NCBI GenBank assembly: GCA_010093995.1
Contig: ML992502.1
Coordinates: 1,520,635 to 1,582,454 of the forward strand
Direction: 5' to 3'
DNA from: Elsinoe ampelina
Lineage: Eukaryota
DNA length: 61,820 nt
The notes beneath the pieces were generated by a model. That model was not told the DNA's origin, did no database searches, and saw nothing but the letters and a program-made list of their open reading frames with translations. This document shows positions 27,431-41,282 of the stretch, piece by piece. A program made the position numbers and the translations under genes. Each line of letters begins with the position of its first letter. Position 1 is the stretch's first letter.

Positions 27431-27967
27431 AGTACCTTAATTGTTACTAAGTAAGGAACTCTAATCGGAGTTAGGCATAAATAATTACTAGTCCTATAGT
27501 AGGACAGGATCTACCGACAATAGTATTTCCTCCTACTCTAAGACTTGAATATAGGTCTCTTCTAGAGAGATTACTTTCTCTACTTTATCCTCTAACTTTT
27601 ATATCTCTTCGCATAGGCGAAGCTTATTACCTATAGCTCTTTAATAAGCCTCTTTTACCTTTTTATAAGCTTCTTTAGCTTCCTTTCTAGTAGCCTTAGC
27701 TATAACTAATTCCTTTCGTAAATAAATACGCTTAGACTAGAGATGCTACTATTCTAATTTTGTTACTTAAATATTATAACTTAAGTAGTTACTTGCGATA
27801 TACTAGCTATAAATACCCGACCGAATATAGACTTTATAGTCTAGCTCTTTCGACTTATAACAAGAGTAAGCTTATAGTATGTTAGTTCTAAATAGTTTAA
27901 TAAACTCTAAAAGGTTCTTTCGTACAGATATACTAGATTTACTATGCCTTTAACAACTAGAAGGCAT
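27390..27967 (-). pseudogene. Gypsy-3 antisense accessory ORF: six-Cys Zn-cluster-like motif plus coiled coil
   Basis: ATG at 27967. De-RIP reading MPSSRQRH...ACSRCKSKGLDCKVHIRSGICGQCIASNHSSCNI followed by a K/E/A-rich helix (RKEAKEAYKKVKEAY..). Confidence 0.7.
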
Positions 27968-28611
27968 ATTTAGTATATAGCGCGTAAGGATAAGGAAGAA
28001 TACTTACTTATTAGAATAACTTAATTAAGAGAGGAGAGTAATATTACGAACTAGTAGAATAGCTAAAGCGTAGGGATGTTAGGACTAATTAAACTACTAA
28101 GGTTATTACGTGACCTAGCCTAACGTTTACCTAGTTCTCTATCTTCTCTAGCGGCTCTACCCTAGGGACTATAGAGTATATAGGTTACTAGCGGACGTAT
28201 ACTCTATATTACCTCCGACTCTCGCTACGGAGTATATAGAGCATATAGAGTACGTAGTAAAGAACACATATATATAGGAGCAGTCCTTACCTTATATAAG
28301 TACTATAGTTAACCTTATCTAGATAGTAAACACTAGTATTACTAAGGCTAGCCTTTATAATACTATCTAATTATACTTTATTATCTATAAGACATACCTT
28401 CTCCGACTCTTACTTTAGTGCTATACTACTATAGAAGCAGAACTACCTCGTTCTTAGCTTAGCTTAGACTACTAGTGTAGGCTATATTTAGATAGTTTAT
28501 AATATTACTATATACAAGTTATAGCTAAGAGTAGCTAAGAAAGGTTACTAAAGGTGTAGATTATAAAGCATATAAGTAGACAAATTATATAAATACATAA
28601 ATAGGGCAAAG

Positions 28612-29045
28612 TAGGGTAGTCGAGTAGGTTAATACTATACTCTTTAGAGTATAGTAATTACAATGTAACTTTTCGTGAAATTTTTGTGTTTTTTGATATT
28701 TTAACGTGTATTAGTAAGCGTATTTTACTAATAAAGATATTTTGTCTATACTATCAAAAATTTTGCATTTTTTAGTACTATTTTTGCTTATGTAATCTTA
28801 GATCCTGATTTTTAGTAGTGATTTCAAATTTCTTTCTTTTTCTAAAAATCAGGATCTAGGATTACGTAAGCGAAAGTAGTACCAAAAAATGTAGAATTTT
28901 TTATAGTATAGAAAAAATACTTTAGATTATAAAAGAAGCTTACTAATACACGTAAAAACATCAAAAAACACGAAAATTTCACGAAAAGTCACGTTGTAAT
29001 TACTATACTCTAAAGAGTATAGTATTAACTCACTCGACTACCCTA
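28612..29045. mobile_element. 434-bp foldback MITE, probably hAT-type
   Basis: Ends tagggtagtcgagt.. and ..actcgactacccta. 8-bp TSD GGGCAAAG at 28604-28611 and 29046-29053. The ~200-bp arms are inverted repeats around a ~26-nt spacer (~28816-28841). No coding capacity. Confidence 0.92.
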
Positions 29046-29399
29046 GGGCAAAGGGTAGACTCCTTGTCTAGGGAAATGCATTTTAATAAAGTACTATACT
29101 TACACTACTATTATAAGTATTAACCTAAACTCTATACTCTATTATGCTCTATATAAGGCCTTATTATAGGTATAGTACTAGGGATATATATCTAGCTTAT
29201 ATACGCCTACTTGTCCTTATTACTATCCTCGTCTACCTCTATACTAAGATCCTCCCCTATAAGTACTATAGAGACTATAAGCTACCTACTAGCTATAATA
29301 TAGTTGATTTTAGTAGTAGAACTACTAGAGTTATATACTATCTAAACCTATTAGCTATATTTATAACATATAAGAAGTATAGTCTAACTTACCTCCTTG

Positions 29400-30056
29400 C
29401 TAATAGTAATTAAGCTATAAAGGCTATACCTAATCTTCTATAGCTTCTTAACTTTCTTACGCTTAAGTATAACACTACTAAGTAAGCTACCTATAGGCTC
29501 TATATAAGGAGTTAAGACCTCGCCGACGACCTTGTTCTTATTAGTATAGTATGTCTTAAGTATAGTCTTAAACTTCTTAACCTTAGGGACGTTCTTATAG
29601 GCTATAGCGCGTATATACTTCTTAGCTATAGTAATGCCGGCCTAATTAGAAGCCTTAAGCTTAGTAACTACGTTAAAGGCGTTAATATATATATTATATA
29701 GAATAGATAGAAGTAGCTCGTATATGTACTTACTATAGGTATAGTATTTATACTTACGATAGAAGAAGATACTAAAGTTACCTCTAGTATAGACATAACC
29801 TACTATAAATTAGTTATGTCCCTTATAAGAGCTCTATTAGCTTACCCTTAGTAACGCTATTAGTATACCTAGTATAGGTATTAGTCTTCTCTTTAGAAAG
29901 TAAGGAAGTTATAGAGTTAGCGCTAGTAGTAATAGCTCTCTAGGTACTAGTAGACCTTACGCTATAAGTATTAGCTATAAGAGGGCCGGAGTTAAATAAT
30001 ATAATAGTTATAAGTAGTACGCTTATATAGTAAGAAGTTAATAAAATATAGATATG
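29400..30056 (-). pseudogene. Antisense accessory ORF remnant in Gypsy-2 3' region (Cys-rich)
   Basis: Minus-strand de-RIP reading includes C.RC... and GCVCAGGDFGVFFCRKCECCARGKHTCELLP (~29710-29800), followed by a helical tract. Ends approximate. Confidence 0.5.
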
Positions 30057-30415
30057 TTTTAGATAGAAAAGAAGAACGTAAGGAGAAATAATACATTATA
30101 AAATCCCTAACGCTAGAGAGCTACGTTAGACTACTTCTAAGTAACTAACTTAGTTTAACTTAGTTTAATATAATTCCCTAGTTACCTCTAGGTCCTACTT
30201 AGAAGTAATATAGTTTTTCCCTATAGAAATCTAAAAACCTCTAATGCGTAGTAAATAGAGATAGCCTAATAGTAGATAGCATACTATATGTATCTCTTAT
30301 CTTAGTTTAAGCGTTTCTTAGTTTATAAAGTAATTAGTTCGTGTCTACTCTATAAGCTTAATAATATTAATTATAGAAACATTCTATTACGTAGCTTACT
30401 TTATAGTATATATTA

Positions 30416-32457
30416 TATATGTCTATATATTATATAGACCTTGTAATTCGTCTACTATGTCTAGAAAATTATATAAGGTCGCTAGAATATATATATTGCT
30501 TTATATTCTACCTAACGCTACTCTTAATAATAATATATATACTATCTTCTTATAATTCTATATTCTTATCTCTTAGTTCTATAAAAGTATCTCTATCTAG
30601 TAGATGTCTATTCTCCTTAATGTCTAAGATACTACTACTATACTTTAGGCCGATTTAGTACTATAAGACTAGTTTATATAGTAGGCCTCTAAACTTCTTA
30701 CGTATAAAGGATAAAAAGTTTATTTACGTCTATATATCTAAGAAATCCTTCTACTATACCTCGACCGCTAGTAAATTGCTATTAAGTTATCTATCTTAGA
30801 ATAGTATAGTACACGTATAATTAAGTAGCCCGGGTAGATGTTGCTATTAAGTCTATTAATCCTTATATATACTAACTACGACCTAACTTAGTTTAGTAGT
30901 AGTTAAAGTTATAACAAGGTTACTATCTATATTAGGTATCTACGCTAGCTATACTTCTATCGTAGGAGTTGCTATAGAGCGATTAAGTACTTCGCTTCTA
31001 TATACGAACTAAGTAGTACCTTAATGCGCTATAATAAGGCGTTTAGCCTTAATTAGACACTCTTCTCGATCTATTAGTATTAAACTTAAGAAGCTAATAG
31101 AAGAATTAAGCTTACCTCTTAAAAGGTACTTAGTAGAAGCATTTTGTACTAGTGCTATATAATAGCTATTACCTCTGCTATTAGGCCTGTTATTATATAC
31201 CGGACTTCTCTATAAGTTAGTTTAAAGTTAAGTAGACCGAACTAAAACGAGAAGGTATATATATACCTTTCCCTTATATCTTCTCTATCTAATAGTCCCT
31301 CTATAGTATTAGTATAAAGAGATATATTTAACACTACTACTACAATAGTAAGTCTATTTCTCTTAATGCACTTAGCGAAGCTAAGTTTTAGCTAACAAAG
31401 GATAAGAACCTATCTTAGGCTAATCTACGCTAGAAAGTTATTCTAAATGCTTAGTTAAATATAATTAAGTTCTAAAGGTTCTATACGTTTAAATACTAGT
31501 ATTCCCTTAGGTAAGTAGAACTTAACCCCGTCTACTTACTTAACTAAGAGTATATAAATCATTACTAGAAGGGAGGAAATAAGAAAGAGTATTAGTTTGT
31601 TAAAGTAATAGTAAGTACTAGCTATTATAGCTAAGCCTATATATCTGACAAAGGCTACTTAGAAGGCTTTATATATTAAAGGACTCCTAAAGCGTTTACG
31701 CTACTATATATAAGTAATTAATTAATAAGTACATCTAGCGCGTACTAAATTACTATCCTTGTATTAGTACTTTCTTTTCTCTAGTAGCCTACGTGCCTAA
31801 TTCGGTAGCTCGCTATTCTCTAGCCCCTTAGCTAGCTATTCGTAGTAGAGTATCTTACTTACTATTTGTGTAATATTGTTATAACTATAGTAGAGTGCCT
31901 CTCGGAGCTATATATATATTAATAAGTAATTAGCTTTAGCTACGTAACCTATTTTACTAGCTATAACTATAGAAGAGTATTTGCCTATAGTTCTCTATAG
32001 ATAAAGTACTAGTAGCTAGTTACAGACCGAGCGCTAGTACTATATAATTCGTAGGAGTAGCTATTAATTGTCTAATGTTAGTAATATTATATTATAATCT
32101 ACTTTAATAGCTATACTTATACGTAGATTGTTATATACTACCTCGAAAATATTAAGATACTAGTTTAGTACGTTCTATTACTTCTGCTTTACTATCTTAA
32201 CCGGCATAGAGACTAATATTAGACTATTCTTGTTAGGTTATAGCTCTCTTAAACTCGGATCGAGAGTAGTAATGTCTAATTTATACCTTCTCCTTTGTCT
32301 TTAATGTTATATTTATAGCCTACGTAGTTAGCTTAGTCTCTCTTAATACTAAAGCCTTACTCTACTTTATCCTAGTTAAAATAACTTAAATTATTATCTT
32401 CGGAATACTTATTAGTCTTATAGTCTAAGCTATATAAGCACTAACGTGCCTAAGATA
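30416..32457 (-). pseudogene. Cargo gene A, unknown ~650-aa Cys/Trp-rich protein (RIP-damaged)
   Basis: Long minus-strand frame whose stops are nearly all TAG/TAA revertible to Trp/Gln/Arg. Starts MSQARWCSCGSDCE.. on de-RIP. No family recognised. Confidence 0.5.
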
Positions 32458-33199
32458 TCTTAGTTCGTAATAGTTCTAATAAAGAGATATATAGGTATAA
32501 GAGAGTTAGTAAGGTAGGCCGAAATAATATATACTATAAGGGGGATAGATAGTTATCTTATATATATTATAGTAACTTAGCATTAGTTTAAGTTAGATAA
32601 TAGCTTAGTTTAGTATTTAGAGTGCATAACTTTCTTCTAATTAGAATTAGTTATATCTATCTATACCCTATAGTAATCTTAACTAGTAAGAGTATTAAAT
32701 TAGACTTGTAGCTAGGTCTAACTCGTAGAGTGCTAATTACTAGAAGCTAAACTAAAAAAGAAAGCTACTTAAACTTACTTAGACTAAATACTTAAACTAA
32801 ATATAGTATTTATTATTAGGTTAAGCAATAATTAGAGTAGAAATATATAAAGAGAAATTACAAATTAAACTTAGACTAAGTAATTATATACTAATTCGAA
32901 AGACTATAGGAACTAGCTATTATATATATAGACAGGTAGTATAATTTATATAGTAGCTTCCTTATTAATTACATTAGTAGTCCCCTCTTTATCGAGTAGT
33001 ATATCTTCTAAGTGCTAAAAGCATTAATTGCTTACTATCTCGCTATCTAAGGTGTTTAAATAAGATATACTAGATAGAGTAGCTTATCTTCTACTAATTA
33101 TATTACAATAGGGGGCAGGTGTTAATTAGCTATTAGTAACTATATATAGTAATAGTAGAGTAGCACTATTAGTGTAGTGTTATATATCCTTATTTAATC

Positions 33200-34640
33200 T
33201 AAATAAGCCTCTTAATACTCTACTAGTAAGGTCTATAAAGGCAATACTAAACGCGTAAAAAGCTTTACTAATATACTTCCTAAGTATATTATTCTCTTAC
33301 TAGAGTTATTTAATTAAGCTTACGTTCTTCTCCGCTATTAATTGTAATTAGCCTACTTCCTACTAAACAAGTATAATGTCTTCTTCTAGGAGTTGCTATC
33401 TATTAAGCTATTTAGGCTACTAGGTCCTATGTTGCTTTTACTAGCTACTAACGTAATTATACTCTTCTCTGTATATATATAGTAGAGAGCTTCTAATTTA
33501 AGCCTCTAGCTAGTTAGGGAGACTATTAGAAGACTATACTTTAACACCTAAATAGATAAGAGAAGCCTATATACTTAATCCTATAGTCTAGATGTTAGCC
33601 GCTAGAGAAACAAGGTTAGTATAATTAATATCTATACTTAGAAGCCTAGCTAAAAGATACTAATAGACCTAATAGATTAATAGTAGAAGGATAGATAAGT
33701 AATTCTAAAGGGCAATTTAGTTAAAAGGCAAGAAAGGATAAAGCATAGTAAACGAACTAAAACTCTAAAGTTTAGTAGTAGGTATAGCTTAGCATAGATT
33801 ACTCTACTACTTTTTAGTTTAACTTAGTCTACTACTAGACTATTCTTCTTTATACTTGCTTCGGCTAGATACTTTCCTTAATCTTATTGCCTTATAAGGA
33901 TATAAAGAGGTAAACTATATAATATCTTAGATAAGATAATAGCCTTAAACTAGATAGTATTCTCTATTATAGCGAAATATAGTATTCTATTATCCTTCTA
34001 ACCTATAACATTGCTTTACTTGTTATATATATAGTAGTCTATTATAATTAATATTACTCTTAGCTAATTAAACTTAATATCTATATCCTTCTTAGATATA
34101 GTAGTTATAGCTTTATAACGTATAAGTAGAAGATCTCTAATCGAGTAGACAGGATATATCTCTCTATCCTTACGAACTACTAATAGTATATTGTCTAGTT
34201 AATTAGAGAGTAAAGGCGCTTATAATTATAATTAGTAATTTAAGGATTTATTCGAGGTAAGCGTATTAGTACTATTCTATACTTCTCTAGGCTTATATAA
34301 TCTTAAGTGTAACTATACCCGCTAATGTCTAAAATTAGTACTTATCTTATAGACGAGAGTATAGAAGGTAGCTTAACTATTGCTACTCTCTAAGAGCTCT
34401 ATCGTATATCGAAATATATACCGAATGTTATTACTATCTAGTGCTACTAGAAGTACCTTCTTCTCTAACTTTCTCCTATTAGAAATCGACCTAAATATTC
34501 TTCTAACTATGCCTTTACCTATTATAATATCCTCTAAAAGACTATATAAGTCTCTATAGCCTTTATTATCGAGGGTAAGAGCTTACTTAATAGCTTTAAT
34601 TAAGCATATCGCTAGTTAATAAGAAGTAGATATAGATATA
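33200..34640 (-). pseudogene. Cargo gene B, unknown (RIP-damaged, probably spliced)
   Basis: Codon-structured minus-strand sequence with intron-like AT tracts. No motif recognised; limits approximate. Confidence 0.35.
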
Positions 34641-34865
34641 GCTATAGAGGAGAGAAGAGAGAGAGTAGAAGAGCAGTAGTATAGATAGCAATTCGGTGTA
34701 AGTGTTACTCGCGATAGATAAGCCTTAGATCTTAGTTTACTTATAAGAGAGGCATACTAGAATTATACTTAGTTATAATTAGTTAGCCTAAACTAATACT
34801 TGTAGAACTATAAAGTTTAACGCGCTAAACTTTATCTCTTCTTAGTTTTATTATATGCTTATTAC

Positions 34866-35666
34866 GTAGTAATATAACTATATTATAAATACGATTTGTA
34901 ATAATGCCTTAGTTCGTACTCTCTACTTATACTAACCTAAATATAGGTGTTAGTGTCCCTAGTATAACCTTTTCTCTCCTCTCTATCTAACCTCGACAAT
35001 AGCTAGCTATCTATTATAATAGATTCCTACGCCTAGTACACTATAATTATTAATTATTATATATACTATAGCGACTCTAATATTTACTTCTACCTCGCTA
35101 TTACTACTACTTCTAATAGTATCCTCTATACTAGCTATGTTATATTTGTAGAATTAACTACTACTAGTACCTAGTAGTTACGCTAGAGCAAATCTATTAT
35201 AGTATACCTCTCTATCTTGCCTACTACGCCGCTATAGGCTTAAGGGTATATAAGGAGACTCCGATATTTCTTTTCTTCTCCCCGCTAGCGCTACTCTTTA
35301 TAGCTTCCTTTACACTAGCTATGTATTATTAGTAGAATTAGCTACTATCTCTACCTAGTAGCTATGACTAACTAAATCTATTACGGAGTATCTCCTAATC
35401 TTATAGATAGCGCTACTAAAGGTTCTAGTGTATAAAAAGAGAGTAGAGGAGCTAGCGTCTACTAGAAATTACCTGCCTTATAGTATAAGAATGTTAAGGG
35501 GAGAATTATAAAGGAATAACTAGTATAACAAAGGGGAAGAGATAAAGGCATATCGCGGGCAAAGATATATCTACTACCTTCTACTAGATAGTAGCTTACT
35601 ATAGAGAGCGTTATAGGCGGAGCTATATTAGTAGTATTCTCTTTTATAATTGCTTTTATAGTAGAG
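34866..35666 (+). repeat. ~800-bp direct repeat R1, copy 1 (copy 2 at 42142-42931)
   Basis: cttatactaacctaaatatagg...ccctagtataaccttttctctcctctctatctaacc... is shared, differing mainly by transitions. Contains an internal ~190-bp-period partial repeat (agaattaactact...cctagtagttacg...aaatctatta). Confidence 0.93.
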
Positions 35667-36424
35667 TTTTATTATTAGTAGTGCTTTATTATAACTTTCT
35701 TACGTTAGTGATATACTTCTTTCTATATAGATTATATACCTGTCGCTTTAATCTCTCTCCTTTAACTAGTAAACAAAATCTCCTTGTCTAATATATATAA
35801 GTATACTATATATCTTTCTTTATTCTTTGTTATTTATCTTATCTCCTATCTACTATAAAGATATTAAGGTTGTTACTTTATACAATAATACTCTTTATTA
35901 AATAGTCCACTAGCTATTTAGAGCATATATAACTTTGTATATAGTACTAATATACAAGTGTTTAGTATAGTTAATTACTTTAATACTAATTTTCTACGAT
36001 AATTAGTACTTATAATATCCTCTAATAGCTATATTTTGTTTGCTTACCTAATTTATACTCTATAATATTTGTTAGTAGTAAACTAACTTATTTACTTTTA
36101 GTTCTAGTATTAACCTAATATTAGTAATTATTATATATTACTATTAGTATATATAAAATATAGACTTAGTTAACTTAGTTTACTTTTAGGTCGAGGCCCG
36201 AACTAGATCTTAGTTATAAGTATACTACTTACTTTAGTATACTATCTTAAATACAAATTTTATTATATTTAAAAAGTTACTACTTACTTTCTACGTAGCA
36301 TTTTAATATTATACTAGGTAGTAGGTATTTATAATTACTACTATTTACTCTATAGCGCTTAACTTACTATACTTAGTTCCTAGCTATATAATCTTAACTC
36401 CTCTAACCTTACCTACCTTATATA

Positions 36425-37759
36425 ATGTCTTTACTAGTAGATATTCTTACACTTATTAAATATATATAATAGTACTATACTGCCGAAGATAAAGAAGCTA
36501 AAGGTCGCTACTAAACCTATAGAAAAGATTCTACTTAATAACCTTATACTAGCTCTTATTAAGAATACGCTTTATAATAATAATATTAGTAAGAAATCTA
36601 TCTAATTCTTCTTTAATTAGGACAACTAGTAATACTCTACTATATTTATAAGGATAAAGGAAATAATCTTAAAAGTCTTTATAGAATCTAATATTAAAAT
36701 TAAGAAATAAGATAGAAGTAAGTTATATAATCCTAAGGTGCTTAAAGCACGCCTTAAAATTAAAACTAGGCTACTAAATAGCACGCCTAACAATTTCTAG
36801 CTCTTTATTAACTAACTAGATTAGAAAGATCTAGACTAGTTTAAGGAGAACTTATAGACTATAGTTAATATTAACAAGATAAAAGCTATATAGCGATTAT
36901 TCTAAAATACTATACAATTAATAAGGGTAAATCTCCTATTAGTTAAAAGGGAAAGAATAACATTACTAGGCAAAGAAGGCACCTAGAGTCTATATCCTTT
37001 AGCTACCTCGTCTATATAGATACTAATACTCTTCTAAGTAAGAACACTATCCTCGGAGAGATATATAACTTATATAAAGACAAGTAATAAGAGATTAGAT
37101 TTATATATATAGCCTTATTATAGAATATTTAGCTTTAACTAGGGGCTAGTATTTAATTATATCTAGATTAATATTAAATTTGCTACGATCTAGATTATAG
37201 AGGTTATCGAAGTAGATACTATCTCGTATCTAATATTAAGAAAGAATATCTACGTCTATAACTTAAGAAAGCCTAGTACTAGCAAGGACAAGAATTGTTA
37301 CGTTAATTACTATATTAGTAAGCTTAGACAGATCCTTAATATTAGAGGTAATTACCTCTAACTCTACTAGCTTAATACGTATAACTCTATATAAGTCTTT
37401 ACTATTAAAGACTCTTTCGATCTAGATGCTACTATTACTAAGTATATTATAACTCTTATCCCTAGTACCTATAAGATCTTTCTTTATCTTACTCCTTCTA
37501 TAGTATCTATTAAAGATCTTCTTAACTTTATATAGAGTAAGTTTACCTCTTCTCTATTTATCTATATATACTAACACTTATAGATAACTCTTATCGATAT
37601 TATAGTAGCTAGCAACTACTTCCTATAGCTAAGGCTACTATAGAAGAGGACTCGGAAGTGTTTCTTACTTCTAAGAAGCTTTACTTTATAGATATTAACA
37701 CTAATAAGAAGTATAAAGGAGATTAGTAGAAAAAGAATATTATAATATAGAACGTTTAA
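36425..37759 (+). pseudogene. Cargo gene X1, unknown family, paralog of X2
   Basis: ATG at 36425. De-RIP FFDQDNQQYSAVFMRTKE (~36607) and FDPDAAIA..I.TL.PG...IFLHLTPS (~37415-37500) match X2 at protein level. Confidence 0.65.
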
Positions 37760-37989
37760 TACCTATAATAGTAATTAAACTACTAAAGGTAAGAGTAGTA
37801 ATACTACTATGTTTTATTTGCTATTATGTTATTTATAAAACTATTTAGTTCTTAACTAATAAAGTTTTATTTAGCTTGTTCTACCTCTAAGAGGCTATAG
37901 CCCCTATAAATCCTATAATTTCTATTATTGTTATTAGAAGTAAACTTACTTAATAGTTCTATAACTATAGCTAGATAGATTCTAACTAA

Positions 37990-39420
37990 CCTAGCGACTT
38001 AGTTTAGGGTATAGTCTTACTTCGTATAGTTTTAGAAAAATATAGCTTCTTCTCCTCTACTAGAAGAATATAGCCTATTTAGACTATAGTATATACCGCC
38101 GAGGCACTATCTATATTCCTATTACTTTAATAGCTTAAAGAATATTATATAAGCTACTATACACCTAAGGCTAGCTATCTATCTAAATAAATATAATCTC
38201 TCGAAGCTCTTTAATACCTCTTCTAAGTTTTACTTTATTACTAGTAACTTTCTATAGCCTGCCTAGTATACTATAACGTATTAGAGTAAAGAGAGTAAGT
38301 CCGAGAAGATAACAACTTACTTCTACTAATATAAGATTAATATTAGTATTAAAAAAGTAATATGTTCTTAATATTATTAACAATAGAAACGAAGTAATAC
38401 TACTATAGATATAATAGACTAGGTCGTTTAATAATAAGTAAAACAAGTTAGTAGGATAGAATCTTATCCCCTATTATAGTAGAAGTAATAGTATAAGTTT
38501 TAGTTCTATACCGAACTTAGAGTTAACTAAATTAAATAAGAATAGTATAGTACTATAAAGGAGCACGTAGGCGTTACTACTAATATAGTTATTAGGCTTT
38601 ACCCTTATATACTAGCGAGGTTTATACGTAGTATACTTAGAGGTTAATAAAGAATTCCCGCTAACTATTATTAGTTCTAGCTACTACCTTCTAATAAATA
38701 GTAGAGACACTTTAGGTTAGGTTATGCCTCTTAACTAAGTATAAACTCTAGTTAGTTTAGTTAGCCTAAAACTAGAAATACGCTTATTTTATATTAGGGT
38801 AGATAAGTCCTTTAAGGGAATACTATAACGCCTAGCTATCTTATACCTCTCCTCGTTAGGTAATTACTACTCGGTATTAGTATAGCTCTACTAACTACAT
38901 ACATAGGTTTAGTATTAAGCTTAATATTTAATATAAAGTTAATTATACTAAGAGAAAGGGATTAGATATTTACTACTTAATAAAGACAGCTTCGATATAG
39001 TAGAGCTAGTCTCTATCTATAGGCAGTAAAGACGTACCTATTATAAAGAATAAGAGAGAATAAACTAGACATAATTTAACTTAATATTACTATATAATAT
39101 AATAAGAGGCAGCTCTCTACCTATACGAAGGTAATATAAGAATAGTTAAAGTCTATTATAGCTCCCTTTTCGTAAATATAATAGTCACTTCTCGTTTCTA
39201 GTTTAAAATCTTTATATTAGTCCCTATATAGATAGCTAAACTTCTATTTATTCCTCTCGACATGTATCTTAACCTAATTATAAAACATCTAGTAGCTATA
39301 TCTACTTTTATGTCTTATTAGGTTTAAGATATTCTTAACTAAGACTTTAAAGTTTTAATTAAGGATAGATATCTTATTTCTTTAGTAGTACTATATATAT
39401 AAATTACTTCGTATATAAGG
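37990..39420 (-). pseudogene. Cargo gene C, unknown (RIP-damaged)
   Basis: Minus-strand codon-structured region. The 64-aa ORF at 38252-38446 looks like a surviving stop-free piece of it. Strand and limits uncertain. Confidence 0.35.
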
Positions 39421-39599
39421 GAGTATACCTTAACTATAATTATAAAGACGCTATATAAGAGAGAGTAGTACGGAATAATATTTATATTTAATAAGTAAAA
39501 GGAACCTAGAGGTAATTATACTAGATATTGTTATAAGCTTACTTTATTTACTTTGCTACTCTACTAGTATAGGAAGAGTAATAACATTAACTAACATTA

Positions 39600-41282
39600 T
39601 AGCAGGGGCTATAGATACTCCTTAGACTTTATACCCCGAGCCGAAGTAGTAGATAAGTATATAGCTAGCGCTATACTAGATTAGGAATATAGAGTCTTTA
39701 TGTTATTATCTCTAAGATTATAGAACGGAAAGCCTATAGTTAGAAGACTAAGAGGTAGTAAAGAATTATTTGTGCGTATAACTCTATAGCGCTAGTAGTA
39801 GCTATAGTAGTTAGTTTAACTTAGTTAGTTTAGTTCGGTTGTTACTAATAAGAGAGCTATATCTATAATAACTTAAGAGAATTCCGAATAGCTAAGCTAT
39901 TAGGATTAGTAAGAGCACTAAAGTTGTTATTATTAATTATAAAGAGGAATTTATAGTAAGCTACGTAGGTATTATTAGAGTAGCTATATCGAAGTAAACT
40001 TACTTCGAGAAGGCTACGCTAGTTAGTTTATAACTAGAAATAGTATATAGTTCTATAACAAGTAGAGTACTAGTGCTTCTACCTTAATAGTGTAACTTCG
40101 CTTAATACAAAGTTAGTATATAGATCTAATTATTATAGTAGACTTCCGATAGTACCTTAGAGAATATAATATTCACTAGCGTAGATATAATAATAGTATT
40201 TATGCTTAAGCTAACTATACTATCCTATTAGCCGAAGAAGTAGATTAACTATAGCTATAATATACCAATGATAATATAGAAGGTTATATAAGATAATATA
40301 GCAAAGTAAACGAACTAAAAGCGTAGTTATTTAAACTAATAGAGAAGTAATAGCAAATTATTAGTTTATCCTTATTAAGATTAGTTAAGGAAACACTTAC
40401 AATTTTTACCTAAAAAGTACTAGTTTCAGTTTAGTAAACTAATTAACTACTCCTAACAGATTAACTATAGGCATAAACGACCTAACGTTATATAGCCGAG
40501 GTATCTTTATATACTACTATTGCTATTTTTTCGTAGAGGCTATTTATAACTAACTTATTATAATACTAGTAACAAGTTAAGACATAAGATAGTAAGAGCT
40601 ATAAATCGTTTACTAGCTAAAATTATTATACCTACGCGGCACTCTCTGTTTTATAATTGCTATAAAAGCCTCTACTAAGGACAATAGCGTAACAATAGCT
40701 AATTAAGTATAGTATTATTTAATATTGTCCTTAAGTAAGAGACAGCTAATAAACTCTATTACCTAGATATATTAGAGTAAACTCTATCTTAACGTGTCTA
40801 GTACTATAGCGTAGATACAATTTTAGCTTTAGTCTACTAATACTATATAATAGCTTAGTTCTATTAGCTCTACTACGAATTATAGTAAATAAGAACTAAA
40901 CTAAGTAACGAGGTAGAAATAATAGTCTATAGCTAGCATAGAGTGTCCTTCCCTCTTTACCTACTATATAGTATAGCATAGTAGATAATTCTCTTAGTCT
41001 CTTTACTAACCTTAACTCTTAATCTCTAGTACGTAGAACAGACAGTAATAGTAATAGTAGGCTTAATAGCGACATACACGAGGAAGAGAAGGGCATAGAT
41101 AAGATTATAATAGGAAGTATATATAAGAAAGAGTAAGTAATTATAGTAAGTATAACTAGTAGTATATCTATAAGGCAAAGTGCTAGGAGGTTATCCTTAT
41201 CTAGTAGAGCTATATCTAATTATACTACGTTTAAGATAGTAACTAGTATACTAGCTAGTAGTAAGGAGTTAGTAATAGACAT
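39600..41282 (-). pseudogene. Cargo gene Y1, unknown, Ser/Pro-rich N-terminus shared with Y2
   Basis: ATG at 41282 inside repeat R2. De-RIP MS.TNSSPPASMPV...SSPPSPSPSVPRARGRE. Downstream extent uncertain. Confidence 0.4.

Larger units (their letters stand above)
21481..28504 (+). mobile_element. Gypsy-3: full-length chromodomain Ty3/Gypsy retrotransposon (7024 bp)
   Basis: 463-bp LTRs at 21481-21943 and 28042-28504 (tgttacgaac...gttcgtaaca). 5-bp TSD TTACT at 21476-21480 and 28505-28509. PPT gagaggagagtaa at 28029-28041. Confidence 0.96.

Noticed and set aside
28602..29052. Mutator-type MITE with 9-bp TSD TAGGGCAAA
   Set aside because: The inverted repeat extends through the terminal TA on both sides, leaving an exact abutting 8-bp TSD GGGCAAAG. 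The 9-bp reading leaves unpaired bases on the left.
29144..29413. 89-aa ORF from the ORF track
   Set aside because: Y/I/L-rich RIP artefact in the Gypsy-2 3' region; no motif.
30419..30658. 79-aa hydrophobic ORF from the ORF track
   Set aside because: Antisense to degenerate cargo gene A; hydrophobicity follows from the AT bias.
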